Shown here: positions 37,801 through 50,053 of the stretch, in pieces | Numbering within the stretch: the stretch's first letter is position 1 | Layout: every line of letters starts with the position of its first letter | From: Chiloscyllium plagiosum | Taxonomy: Eukaryota | Assembly: GCF_004010195.1 (NCBI RefSeq) | Contig: NC_057719.1 | Coordinates: forward strand, 10,376,206-10,440,205 | DNA: 64,000 nt | Reading direction: 5' to 3' | Translations under genes and position numbers: made by a program | The notes under the pieces: model-generated | The model's database searches: none | The model's input: only the letters and a program-made list of their open reading frames with translations | What the model was told of the DNA's origin: nothing

Positions 37801-38995
37801 CCTGTGAAATTCAGGGTCCCAGACCTGTGAAATTCAGGGTCCCAGACCTGTGAAATTCAGGGTCCCAGACCTGTGAAATTCAGGGTCCCAGACCTGTGAA
37901 ATTCAGGGTCCCAGACCTGTGAAATTCAGGGTCCCAGACCTGTGAAATTCAGGGTCCCAGACCTGTGAAATTCAGGGTCCCAGACCTGTGAAATTCAGGG
38001 TCCCAGACCTGTGAAATTCAGGGTCCCAGACCTGTGAAATTCAGGGTCCCAGACCTGTGAAATTCAGGGTCCCAGACCTGTGAAATTCAGGGTCCCAGAC
38101 CTGTGAAATTCAGGGTCCCAGACCTGTGAAATTCAGGGTCCCAGACCTGTGAAATTCAGGGTCCCAGACCTGTGAAATTCAGGGTCCCAGACCTGTGAAA
38201 TTCAGGGTCCCAGACCTGTGAAATTCAGGGTCCCAGACCTGTGAAATTCAGGGTCCCAGACCTGTGAAATTCAGGGTCCCAGACCTGTGAAATTCAGGGT
38301 CCCAGACCTGTGAAATTCAGGGTCCCAGACCTGTGAAATTCAGGGTCCCAGACCTGTGAAATTCAGGGTCCCAGACCTGTGAAATTCAGGGTCCCAGACC
38401 TGTGAAATTCAGGGTCCCAGACCTGTGAAATTCAGGGTCCCAGACCTGTGAAATTCAGGGTCCCAGACCTGTGAAATTCAGGGTCCCAGACCTGTGAAAT
38501 TCAGGGTCCCAGACCTGTGAAATTCAGGGTCCCAGACCTGTGAAATTCAGGGTCCCAGACCTGTGAAATTCAGGGTCCCAGACCTGTGAAATTCAGGGTC
38601 CCAGACCTGTGAAATTCAGGGTCCCAGACCTGTGAAATTCAGGGTCCCAGACCTGTGAAATTCAGGGTCCCAGACCTGTGAAATTCAGGGTCCCAGACCT
38701 GTGAAATTCAGGGTCCCAGACCTGTGAAATTCAGGGTCCCAGACCTGTGAAATTCAGGGTCCCAGACCTGTGAAATTCAGGGTCCCAGACCTGTGAAATT
38801 CAGGGTCCCAGACCTGTGAAATTCAGGGTCCCAGACCTGTGAAATTCAGGGTCCCAGACCTGTGAAATTCAGGGTCCCAGACCTGTGAAATTCAGGGTCC
38901 CAGACCTGTGAAATTCAGGGTCCCAGACCTGTGAAATTCAGGGTCCCAGACCTGTGAAATTCAGGGTCCCAGACCTGTGAAATTCAGGGTCCCAG
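34857..38995 (+). repeat. Homogeneous core: (CCTGTGAAATTCAGGGTCCCAGA) x ~180
   Basis: 4139 bp divided by 23 is ~180 copies. The 60-nt lines recur identically every 23 lines and I saw no variant by eye. Confidence 0.97.
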
Positions 38996-40008
38996 TGTAA
39001 TTCAGGGTCCCAGCCCTGTGTAATTCAGGGTCACAGCCCTGTGTAATTCAGGGTCACAGCCCTGTGTAATTCAGGGTCACAGCCCTGTGAAATTCAGGAT
39101 CCCAGCCCTGTGAAAATCAGGGTCACAGACCTGTGAAATTCTGGGTCCCACCAGTGTGAAATTCAGGGTCACAGCACTGTGGAATTAAGGGTCACAGCAC
39201 TGTGAAAAACACAGTCAGAGATGTGTGAAATTCAGTGTTATGTCAATGTGAAATTCAGGGTTATTGCAGTATCAAATTCAGAGTTACAGCAGGGAGAAAT
39301 TCAGGGTTACAGCAGTGAGAAATTCAGGGTCATAGCACTGTGAAATACAGAGTAACAGCAGTTTGAAATTCAGGGTCATAGCACGTTAAATTCTGGGTAA
39401 CAGCAGTGTGAAATTTTGGGTTACAGCATAGTTAAATTCAGAGTTATAGCAGTGTGAAATTCATTGTGATAGCAGTATTAAATTCAAGGTAATAACAGCA
39501 TGAAATTCAGGGTAATACCATGGTTAAATTCAGCATGAAAGTCAGGGTTATAGCAGTATCAAATTCAGGGACACAGCAATATGGAATTCATGGTTACAGC
39601 CGTACCAAATTCAGGGTTACAGCTGTGTGAAATTTTGGGTTACAGCAGAGTTAAATTCAGAGTTATATCAGTGTGAAATTACGGTTTATAGCATGGTTAA
39701 ATTCAGCATTATAGCCATGTGAAAGTCAGGGTTACACCATGGTTAAATTCAGCATTATGGCCATGTGAAATTCAGGGTTATAGCATGGTTAAATTCAGCG
39801 TTATAGCTATGTGAAATTCAGGATTATAGCATGGTTAAATACAGCATTTTAACCATGTGAAATTCAGGATTATAGCATAGTTAAATACAGCATTGTGGTA
39901 GTGTGACATTCAGGATCACAGAAGTATGAAATTCAGGGTCACAGCAGTGTGAAATTTTGGGTTACAGCAGTTATATTCAGAGTTATAGCCATGTGGAATT
40001 CCAGATTA

Positions 40009-40333
40009 TTAGATTAGATTAGATTACTTACAGTGTGGAAACAGGCCCTTCGGCCCAACAAGTCCACACCGCCCCACCGAAGCGCAACTCACCCATACCC
40101 CTACATTTACCCCTTACCTAACACTACGGGCAATTTAGCATGGCCAATTCACCTGGCCCTGCACATCTTTGGACTGTGGGAGGAAACCGGAGCACCCGGA
40201 GGAAACCCACGCAGACACGGGGAGAACGTGCAAACTCCACACAGTCAGTCGTCTGAGGCGGGAATTGAACCCGGGTCTCTGGCGCTGTGAGGCAGCAGTG
40301 CTAACCACTGTGCCACCGTGCCGCCCACCGTGC
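40009..40333 (-). mobile_element. HE1-type V-SINE inserted in the satellite
   Basis: Full-length, CpG-rich, (GATTA)n tail, satellite on both sides. Confidence 0.95.
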
Positions 40334-41983
40334 CGTTCATAGCTTGGTTAAATTCAGTGTTGTAGCAGTGTGAAATTCAGGGTTATAGCATGTTGAAATT
40401 CAGCATTATCACCATGTGAAATTTAGGGTAATACCATGGTTAAATTCAACATTATAGCAGTGTGACATTCAGGGCTATAGCATGTTAAATTCAGCGTTAT
40501 AGCCATGTAATGGTCAGGGTTATAATGCGGTTAAATGCAGCGTTATAGCCAAGTGAAATTCAGATTATAGCATGGTTAAATTTAGCGTTATAGCCATGTG
40601 AAATTCGGGGTAATACCATGGTTAAATTCAGCATTATACCCATGTGAAAGTCAGTGTTATAGCATGGTTAAATTCAATGTTACAGCAGTGTGAGAATCAG
40701 GATTATATAATGGCTAAATTCAGCGTTATAGCCATGTGAAATTCTGGGTTATATGATGGTTAAATTCAGCATTATAGCCATGTGAAAGTCAGTGTTATAG
40801 CATGGTTACATCCAGCATTATAGCCTTGTGAAAGTCAGTGTTATAGCATGGTTACATCCAGCATTATAGCCATGTGAAAGTCAGTGTTATAGCATGGTTA
40901 CATCCAGCATTATAGCCATGTGAAAGTCAGGGTTATAGCATGGTTAAATTCAGCGTTATAGCCATGTGCAATTCAGAGTAGAGCATAGTTACATTCAGCA
41001 ATATAGCATGGTTACATTCAGCATTATAGCTATGTGAAATTCAGGGTTATAGCATGGTTAAATTCAGCGTTATAGCTATGTGAAATTCAGGGTTATAGCA
41101 TGGTTAAATTCAGTGTTATAGCCATGTGAAATTCAGGGTTATAGCATGGCTAAATACAGCATTTTAGCCATGTGAAATTCAGGATTAGTGCACAATTAAA
41201 TACAGCATTTTAGCCATGTGAAATTCAGGATTAGTGCACAATTAAATTCAGCATTATAGCCATGTGAAATTCAGTGTTATATCAGGCTAAATTCAGCAAT
41301 ATAGCAGTATGAAATTCAGGGTTATAGCATGGTTAAATTGAGCATTGTAGCACTGTGAATGTCAGGGTTATAGCATGGTTAAATTCAGCATTTACAGAAT
41401 TGGGAAATTCACGGTTATCGCATATTCAATTCATAGTTATAGCAGTGTGGAATTCAGGGTTATAGCATGGTTAAATTCAGCATTACAGCCATGTGAAAGT
41501 TAGGGTTATAGCATGGTTAAATTCAGCGTTACAGCATTGTGAAATTCAGGGTTATAGCATGGTTAAATTCAGTACTATAGCCATGTGAAATTCAGAGTTA
41601 TAGCATGTTAAATTCAGCGTTATAGCCATGTAAAAATCAAGGTTTTTGCATGTTAAATTCAGCGTCACATCAGTGTGAACTTCAGAGTTATAACATGGTT
41701 AAATTCAATGTTACAGCATTGTGAAATTCAGGGTTATATCAGGTTAAATTCAGCATTATAGACATGAGAAATTCAAGGTTATAGAATAGTTAAATTCAGC
41801 ATTAGAGCCATCTAAAACTTTGGGTTATAGCATGGTTAAATTCAGCATTATAGCATGGTTAAAATCAGCGTTATAGCATGTTAAATCTAGTGTTATAGCA
41901 GTGGGAAATGCATGGCTATAGCATGATGAAATTTAGTGTTATAGCCATGTGAAAGTTTGGGTTATAGCATTGTTAAATTCAGC

Positions 41984-42315
41984 GGGCGGCACGGTGGCAC
42001 AGTGGTTAGCACTGCTGCCTCACAGCGCCAGACACCCGGGTTCAATTCCCGCCTCAGGCGACTGACTGTGTGGAGTTTGCACGTTCTCCCAGTGTCTGCG
42101 TGGGTTTCCTCCGGGTGCTCCGGTTTCCTCCCACAGTCCAAAGATGTGCAGGTCAGGTGAATTGGCCATGCTAAATTGCCCGTAGTGTTAGGTAAGGGGT
42201 AAATGTAGGGGTATGGGTGTGTTGCGCTTCGGCAGGGCGGTGTGGACTTGTTGGGCCGAAGGGCCTGTTTCCACACTGTAAGTAATCTAATCTAATCTAA
42301 TCTAATCTAATCTAA
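41984..42315 (+). mobile_element. HE1-type V-SINE inserted in the satellite
   Basis: Full-length with (TAATC)n tail. It splits a B unit, AAATTCAGC|ATTATAGCC, with only 2-3 bp duplicated. Confidence 0.95.
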
Positions 42316-42829
42316 GCATTATAGCCATGTGAAACTCAGGGTTATAGCATGGTTAAATTCAGCATAATAGCAGTGTGAAATTCAGGGTAATACCATGTTT
42401 ACAATCAGTATTATTGCCATGTGAAATTCAGAGTTATAACATGGTTAAATTCAGCAATATTGCTATGTGAAATTCAGGGTTATAGCATGGTTAAATTCAG
42501 CATAATAGCAGTGTGAAATTCAGGGTAATACCATTGTTAAATTCAGCATTACAGCATAATTGTGAAATGTAACCATGCTATAACCCTGGATTAAATTCAG
42601 CATTACAGTAGTGTGAAATTCATGGTTATAGCATTATGAAATTCAGCGTTATAGCTATGTGAAATTCAGGGTTATAGCATAGTTAAATTCAGCATTAGAG
42701 CCATTTAAAATTTTGGGTTATTGCATGGTTAAATTCAGCGTTATTGCATAGTTAAATTCAGCATTAGAGCCATTTAAAATTTTGGGTTATTGCATGGTTA
42801 AATTCAGCATTACAGCATAATTGTGAAAT

Positions 42830-45060
42830 GTAACCATGCAATAACGCTGAATTTTAAATGGCTCTAATGCTGAATTTAACTATGCTATAACGCTGAATTT
42901 AACCATGCAATAACCCAAAATTTTAAATGGCTCTAATGCTGAATTTAACTATGCTATAACCCTGACTTTCACATAACTATAAGGCTGACTTTCACAATGC
43001 TATAACCATGAATTTCACACTACTGTAACGCTGAATTTAACCATGCTATAACCCTGAATTTCACTCTGCTATAATGCTGAATTTAACATGCTATAATCCT
43101 GAACTTCACAGTGCTATAACACTGAATGTAAATATGTTATAACCCTGAATTTCACATGGCGAAAACGCTGAATTTAACCATGCTATAACCCTTAATTTCA
43201 CGCTGATATAACGCTGAAATTAACCATGCTATAACCCAGAAAATAACCATGGTATAACCCTGCATTTCATATGACTATAACGTTGACTTTAACCATGCTA
43301 TAACCCTGAATTTCAAACTGCTGGAACGCTGAATTTAACATGCTATAACCCTGAATTTCAAATGGCTATAATGCTGAATTTAACAATGCTGTAACACTGA
43401 ATTTCACACTGCTTTAACGCTGAATTTAACCATGCTATAATGCTGAATTTAACTATGTTATAACCCAAAGTTTTGCATGACTCTAATGCTGAATTTAACT
43501 ATGCTATAACCCTGAATTTCTCATGGCTATAATGCTGAATTTAACCCGATATAACCCTGAATTTCACAATGCTATAATGCTGAATTTAACCATGCTGTAA
43601 CCCAGAATTTCAAATGGGTATAATGTTGAATTTAACATGCTATATCTCTGAATTTCACATGGCTATATGGCTGAATTTAACCATGCTATAACCCTGAATT
43701 TCACAATAGTATAATGCTGAATATAAACATGGTATAATGCTGAATTTCACATGGGTATAATGCTGAATTTCACAATGCTATAACACTGAATTTAACCATG
43801 GTATAATCCTGAATTTCACATAGACATAATGCTGAATTTAACCATGCTACAATGCGGAATTTCACACTGTTGTAACGCTGAATTTGACATGCTCGACCCC
43901 TGAATTTCACATGGCTATAATGCTGAATTTAACCATGCTATAACCCTGAATTTTACACTGCTCTAACGCTGAATTTTACCATGATATAACCCTGAATTTC
44001 ACGCTGCTATGATGCTGAATTTAACCATGTTATAACCCAGAATTTCACATGGCTATAATGCTGACTTTAATGATGCTATGACCTTGAATTTCACACTGCT
44101 GTAATGCAGAATTTAACATGCTATAACCCTGAATTTCACATGGCTATGCTGAATTTAACCATGCTATAATACTGAATTTCATAATGGTATAACGCTGAAT
44201 TTAACGATGCTAAAACCCAGAATTTCACATGGCTCTAATGCTGAATTTAACCATGCTATAATGCTGAATTTAACCATGCTATAATACTGAATTTCATAAT
44301 GGTACAACGTTGAATTTAACTATGGTATAATCCTGAATTTCACATGGCTATAATGTTGAATTTAACCATGCTATAACCCTGAATTTCAAATGGTATAATG
44401 CTGAATTTGACATGACTATAATGTGAATTTAACTGTGCTAAAATCCTGAATTTCACACTGCTGTAACGCTGAATTTAACATGCTATAACCCTGAATGTCA
44501 CATGGCTATAATGCTGAATTTAATCATGCTATAACCCTGAATTTCACAATACTATAATGCTGAATTTAACCATGCTATAACCCTGACTTTCACGTGGCTA
44601 TAATGCTGAATTTAACCATGCTATAATGCTGAATTTAACCATGCTATAATACTGAATTTCATAATGGTACAACGCTGAATTTAACTATGGTATAACCCTG
44701 ACTTTCACATGGCTATAACGCTGAATCTAACCGTGCTATAACCCTGAATTTCACAATGCTTTAATGTTTAATTTAACCATGCTACAACCCTGACTTTCAC
44801 ATGGCTATAACGCTGAATCTAACCGTGCTATAACCCTGAATTTCACATATTTATAATGCTGAATTTTACCATGATATAATCCGGAATTTCACATAGCTAA
44901 AAGCTGAATTTAACCATGGTATAATGCTGAATTTCATGCTGCTATAATGCTGAATTTAACCATGCTATAATGCTGAATTTAACCATGCTAAAATGCTGAA
45001 TTAAACGATGCTATAACCCTGAATTTCACACTGCTATAATGCTGAATTTAACAATGCTAT
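42830..45060 (-). repeat. Inverted block of the satellite
   Basis: Units read GCTGAATTTAACCATGCTATAACCCTGAATTTCACA, the reverse complement of the flanking array. Confidence 0.95.
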
Positions 45061-46713
45061 AGCAGTGTGAAATTCAGAGTTATAGAATGGTTATATTCAA
45101 CGTTATAGCCATGTGAAAGATAGGGTTATAGCATGTTAAATTCAGCGTTACAGCAGTGTGAAATTCAGGGTTATACCATGGTTAAACTCAGCATTATATC
45201 CATGTGAAATTCTGGATTATAGCCATGTAAAATTCAGTGTTATAGCATGGTGAAATTCAGCGTAATAGCCATGTGAAATTCAGGGTTATAGAATACTTAA
45301 ATTCAGCATTAGAGCCATGTAAAATTTTGGTTTATAGCATGGTTAAATTCAGTGTTACAGCATGTTAAATTCAGCGTTACAGCAGTGTGAAATTCAGGGT
45401 TATACCATGGTTAAACTCAGCATTATATCCATGTGAAATTCTGGATTATAGCATGGTTAAATTCAGCATTATAGCCATGTAAAATTCAGGGTTATAGCAT
45501 GGTAAAATTCTGCATTATAGCCATGTGACATTCAGGGTTATAGCATGGTTAATTTCAGCATTATACCAGCGTGAAATTCAGTGTTATAGCATGGTGAAAT
45601 TCAGCGAAATAGCTATGTGAAATTTAGGGTTATAGGATATTTAAATTCAGCATTAGAGCCATGTAAAAGTTTGGGTTATAGCATGGTTAAACTCAGCGTG
45701 AGAGCCAAATGAAATCCAGCGTTATACTATGGCTAAATTCAGCATTATAGCTATGTGAAATTCTGGGTTATAGCATGGTCAAATTCAGCGTTATAGCCAT
45801 GTGAATTTCAGGGTTATACCACGGTGAAATTCAGCGTTATAGTATTGTGAAATTCAGGGTTATAGCATGGTTAAATTCAGTGTTGTAGCATTGTGAAATT
45901 CAGGGTTATAGCATGGCTAAATTCAGTGTTATAGCCATGTGAATTTTAGGGTTATACCACGGTGAAATTCAGCATTATAGTATTGTGAAATTCAGGGTTA
46001 TAGCATGATTAAATTCAGTGTCATAGAAGTGTGAAATTCAGGGTTATAGCGTGCTTAAATTCAGCGTCATAGGAGCGTGAAATTCAGTGTTATAGCATGG
46101 TTAAATTCAGAGTCATATCAGGTTAAATTTAGCATTATAGCCATGTGAAATTCAAGGTTATAGAACCGTAAATTCAGCATTATAGTCATGTAAAATTCAG
46201 GGTTACAGCATGGTTACATTCAGCGTTACAGCAATGATAAATTTAGGGTTATAGCAATATTAAATTCAGTGTTGTAGCATTGTGAAATTAGGGTTATAGC
46301 ATGGTCAAATTCAGCATTATAGCAGCGTGAAATTCAGGCTTATTGCATTGTTAAATGCAGCGTTATAGCATGGTTAAATTCAGCGTTACAGCACTGTGAA
46401 ATTCAGGATTATAGCATGGTTAAATTCAGCATTATACCCATGTGAAATTCAGGGATATAGCATGGTTATATTCAGCATTATAGCCATGTGAAATTCAGGA
46501 TTATAACATGGTTAAATTCAGTGTTATAGTTATGTGAAATTCAGGGTTATAGCATTGTTAAATTCAGTATTGTTGCATTGTGAAAATCAGGGTTATAGCA
46601 TTTTCAAATTCAGGGCTATATCATGTTAAATTTAGCATTCAAAGTTTGGGAGAAGATTTGTAACTCGGGTGCTTGTTGTTGTGGTTCTGTTCGCCGAGCT
46701 GGGAATTTGTGTT

Positions 46714-46753
46714 GCAGACGTTTCGTCCCTTGTCTAGGTGACATCCTCAGTGC
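46714..46753 (-). ncRNA. Minimal type-I hammerhead ribozyme motif (intact core)
   Basis: GCA-CUGAGGA-U-GUC(ACCUAGACAAGG)GAC-GAAAC-GUC-UGC: helix I GCA/UGC, helix II GUC/GAC, palindromic ACGU helix III, GUC cleavage triplet. Confidence 0.8.
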
Positions 46754-47391
46754 GTGGGAGCCTCCTGTGAAGCGCTTCTGTGATCTTTCCTCCGGCAAGG
46801 TATACAGGAAAGCCACACACACAGACCAAGTCCTAAACTACGAAAGCAACCACCTCAACACACACAAAAGAAGTTGCAACAAGACACTGTTCAAAAGGGC
46901 CAGACTACTGCGACCCATAGGACTCATAACGGCACACAAACCAACAGCCACGCTCAGACAACTCACCAGAACGAAGGACCCGATACCCAACATGAGCAAA
47001 ACGAATGTAGTGTACAAAATACCATACAAGGACTGCACAAAACACTATATAGGACAAACAGGAAGACAGCTAACAATCCGCATACATGAACATCAACTAG
47101 CCACGAAACGACACGACCAGCTATCCTTAGTAGCCACATACGCAGACGGCAAGCAACATGAATTCGACTGGGACAACACTACTATCATAGGGCAAGCCAG
47201 ACAGAGAACAGCCAGGAAATTCCTAGAGGCATGGCATTCATCCACAAACTCCATCAACAAACACATCGACCTGGACCCAATATACCAACCACTACAGCGG
47301 ACAGCTGAAACTGACAACCGAAAGCGGCAGGGACAGACCATTATAAACACCGGAGGAAACATCAAAGAAGCGCTTCGCAGGAGGCTCCCAA

Positions 47392-47431
47392 GCACTGATG
47401 ATGTCGCCTAGCCAGGGGACGAAACGTTTGC
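47392..47431 (+). ncRNA. Minimal type-I hammerhead ribozyme motif
   Basis: GCA-CUGAUGA-U-GUC(GCCUAGCCAGGG)GAC-GAAAC-GUU-UGC. A second, CpG-decayed copy lies at 48158-48197. Confidence 0.75.
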
Positions 47432-50053
47432 AACAAAAACTTCCAGCTCGGCGAACAGAACCACAACAGGGCCACAATACACTGCAGTACACCAGAACTG
47501 CAAAAAGAGCAAGAAGAACACCTCTACAATGTATTCGCCAAAAACGGATACTCCCGCAATTTCATCAACAGATGCCTAAAGTAAAGACAACGGAATGAGG
47601 ACATGCCACAACCCAAAGGACTAGCCACACTACCATACATCAAAAACATTTCTGAACTGACAGCCAGACTACTGCGACCACTAGGACTCATAACAGCACA
47701 CAATCCAACAGCCACGCTCAGACAACAACTCACCAGGACGAAGGACCCGATACCCAGCATGAGCAAAACCAATGTAGTGTACAAAATCCCATGCAAGTAC
47801 TGCACAAAACTCTACATAGGTCAAACAGGAAGACACTAATGATCCGCATCCATGAACACCAACTAGCCACGAAATGACATGACCAGCTATCCTTAGTAGC
47901 CACACACTCAGATGACAAGCAACATGAGTTTGACTGGGACAACACTACTATTTTAGGACAAGCTAAACAGAGAACAGTCAGGGAATTCCTAGAGACATGG
48001 CATTCATCCACAGATTCAATCAACAAGCACATCAACCTGGACCCAATATACCGGCCACTGCAACGGACAGCTGGAACTGACAACCGGAAGCGGCAGATTC
48101 AAACCACTACAAATGCCGGAGGAAAGATCACAGAAGCGCTTCACAGGAGGCTCCCAAGCACTGAGGATGTCACCTAGACAAGGGACAAAACATCTGCAAC
48201 ACAAATTCCCAGCTCGTAAATTTAGCATTATCGCCATGTGAAATTCTGGGGTAAAGCACAGCTAAATTCAGCATTACACCAATTTGAAAATCAGGGTTAC
48301 AGCATGTTAAATTCAGCATTATAGCCATTTGAAATTCAAGGTTATAGCACCGTTAAATTCAGCATTATAGCCATGTAAAACTCAGGATTACAGCATGGTT
48401 AAATTCAGCGTTATAGCAATGATAAATTCAGGGTTATAGCATTGTGAAATTAGGGTTATAACATGGTCAAATTCAGCATTATAGCCATGTGAAATCCAGG
48501 GTTATACCATGGTTAAATTCAGCATTATAGCCATGTGAAATCCAGGGTCATACCATGGTTAAATTCAGCATTATAGCCATGTGAAATTCAGGATTATAAG
48601 ATGGTTAAATTCAGCATTATAGCAGTGTGAAATTAAGGGTTATAGCATGGTTATATTCAGCGTTCTAGCCATGTGAAATTCAGGATTATAAGATGGTTAA
48701 ATTCAGCGTTATAGCAATGTGAAATTCATGGATATAGCATGGTTAAATTCAACGTTGTAGCATTGTGAAAGTCAGGGTTATGGCATGGTTAAATTCAGCG
48801 TTATTGCCATTCAAAATTTATTGTTATAGCATGGTGTAATTCAGCATTAAAGCAGTGTGAAATTCAGTGTTATAGCATTGTCAAATTCAGGGGTATATCA
48901 GGTTAAATTTAGCATTACCGGCATGTGAAATTCTGGGGTATAGCACAGTTAAATTCAGCATTATTCCAATTTGAAATTCAGGGTTATAGCATGGTTAAAT
49001 TCAGCATTATAGCCAGGTGAAATTCAGGGTTTGAGCACGGTTAAATTCAACGTTACAGCATGTGCATTTCAGGGTTTATCAGGTTAAGTCAGCATTATAG
49101 CCAGGCGAAATTCAGGGTTATAGCATACTTTTCTTCCGCATTAGAGCCATGTAAAAGTTTAGGTTATAGCATGTTAAATTCAGCATTATAGCAGTGTGAA
49201 ATTCAGGGTTATAGCATGTTAAATTCAGTGTTATACCCATGTGAAATTCTGGGTCATAGCATGGTTAAATTCAGCCTTATCCCATTATGAAATTCAGTGT
49301 TATTGCATGGTTAAATTCAGCGTAATAGCCATGTGAAATTCAGAGTTGTAGCATTTTTAAATTCAGCAATATAGCCATGTGAAATTCAGGGTTTCAGCAT
49401 TGTTAAATTCAGCATTATAGCCATGTGAAATTCAGGATAATACCATGGTTATATTCAGCATTATACTATTGTGAAATTCAAGGTTATAGCATGGTTAGAT
49501 TCTGCATTATACCCATGAGAAATTCAGGGTTATAGCATGGTTAAATTCAGCGTTACAGTATTGTGAAATTCAGGGTTACAGCAGTGTGAAATTCAGGGTT
49601 ATACCATGGTTAAATTCAGCATCACAGCAGTGTGAAATTCAGGGTTATAGCATGGTTAAATTCAGCGTCACAGCAGTGTTAAATTGAGAGTTATAGCATG
49701 GTTAAATTCAGCGTTATAGCCGTGTTAAAGTCAGTGTTATAGCATGATAAAATTCAGCAATATAGCATTGTGAAATTCATTGTGATAGCACTATTAAATT
49801 CACAGTTATAACAGTGTGAAATTCAGGGTTATAGCATGGTTAGATTCAGTGTTATAGCCATATGAAATTCAGGGTTACAGCATGGTTAGATTCAGTTTTA
49901 TAGCCATATGAAATTCAGGGTTACAGCATGGTTAGATTCAGTGTTATAGCCATATGAAATTCAGGGTTATAGCATGGTTAGATTCAGCATTATTTTTGTG
50001 TGAAATTCAAGGTTAATCCACACTGCTTTAAAATGGAATACTACATAAAATAC

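Larger units (their letters stand above)
46640..48216 (+). mobile_element. Penelope-type retroelement insertion: inverted terminal repeat plus partial tandem of RT C-terminus, GIY-YIG endonuclease and terminal repeat
   Basis: Translations VYRKATHTDQVLNYESNH (RT C-terminus) and NVVYKIP(C/Y)K.CTK.YIGQTGR.L..RIHEH (GIY-YIG; present twice). 46695-46797 is the reverse complement of ~48114-48216. The 13-bp TSD TAAATTTAGCATT is at 46627-46639 and 48217-48229. Copy 1 has an internal deletion; copy 2 has stops and a frameshift. Confidence 0.93.
34528..50015. repeat. Satellite array based on a 23-bp unit (core AAATTCAG), ~15.5 kb including insertions
   Basis: Continuous 23-bp periodicity. Monomeric at the left; alternating A/B units CCATGTGAAATTCAGGGTTATAG / CATGGTTAAATTCAGCATTATAG (46 bp) from ~39500 onwards. 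Confidence 0.97.

Noticed and set aside
34857..38995. Coding tandem repeat
   Set aside because: The unit length of 23 is not a multiple of 3 and the unit contains TGA on both strands, so every frame is stopped every 69 nt.
46623..47411. 262-aa ORF as a functional endonuclease gene
   Set aside because: It is a chance fusion of satellite, antisense terminal repeat and an internally deleted Penelope fragment, and the first Cys of the CxxC motif is replaced by Tyr.
34528..50015. CRISPR array
   Set aside because: The repeats are contiguous with no unique spacers, there are no cas genes, and the context is eukaryotic.
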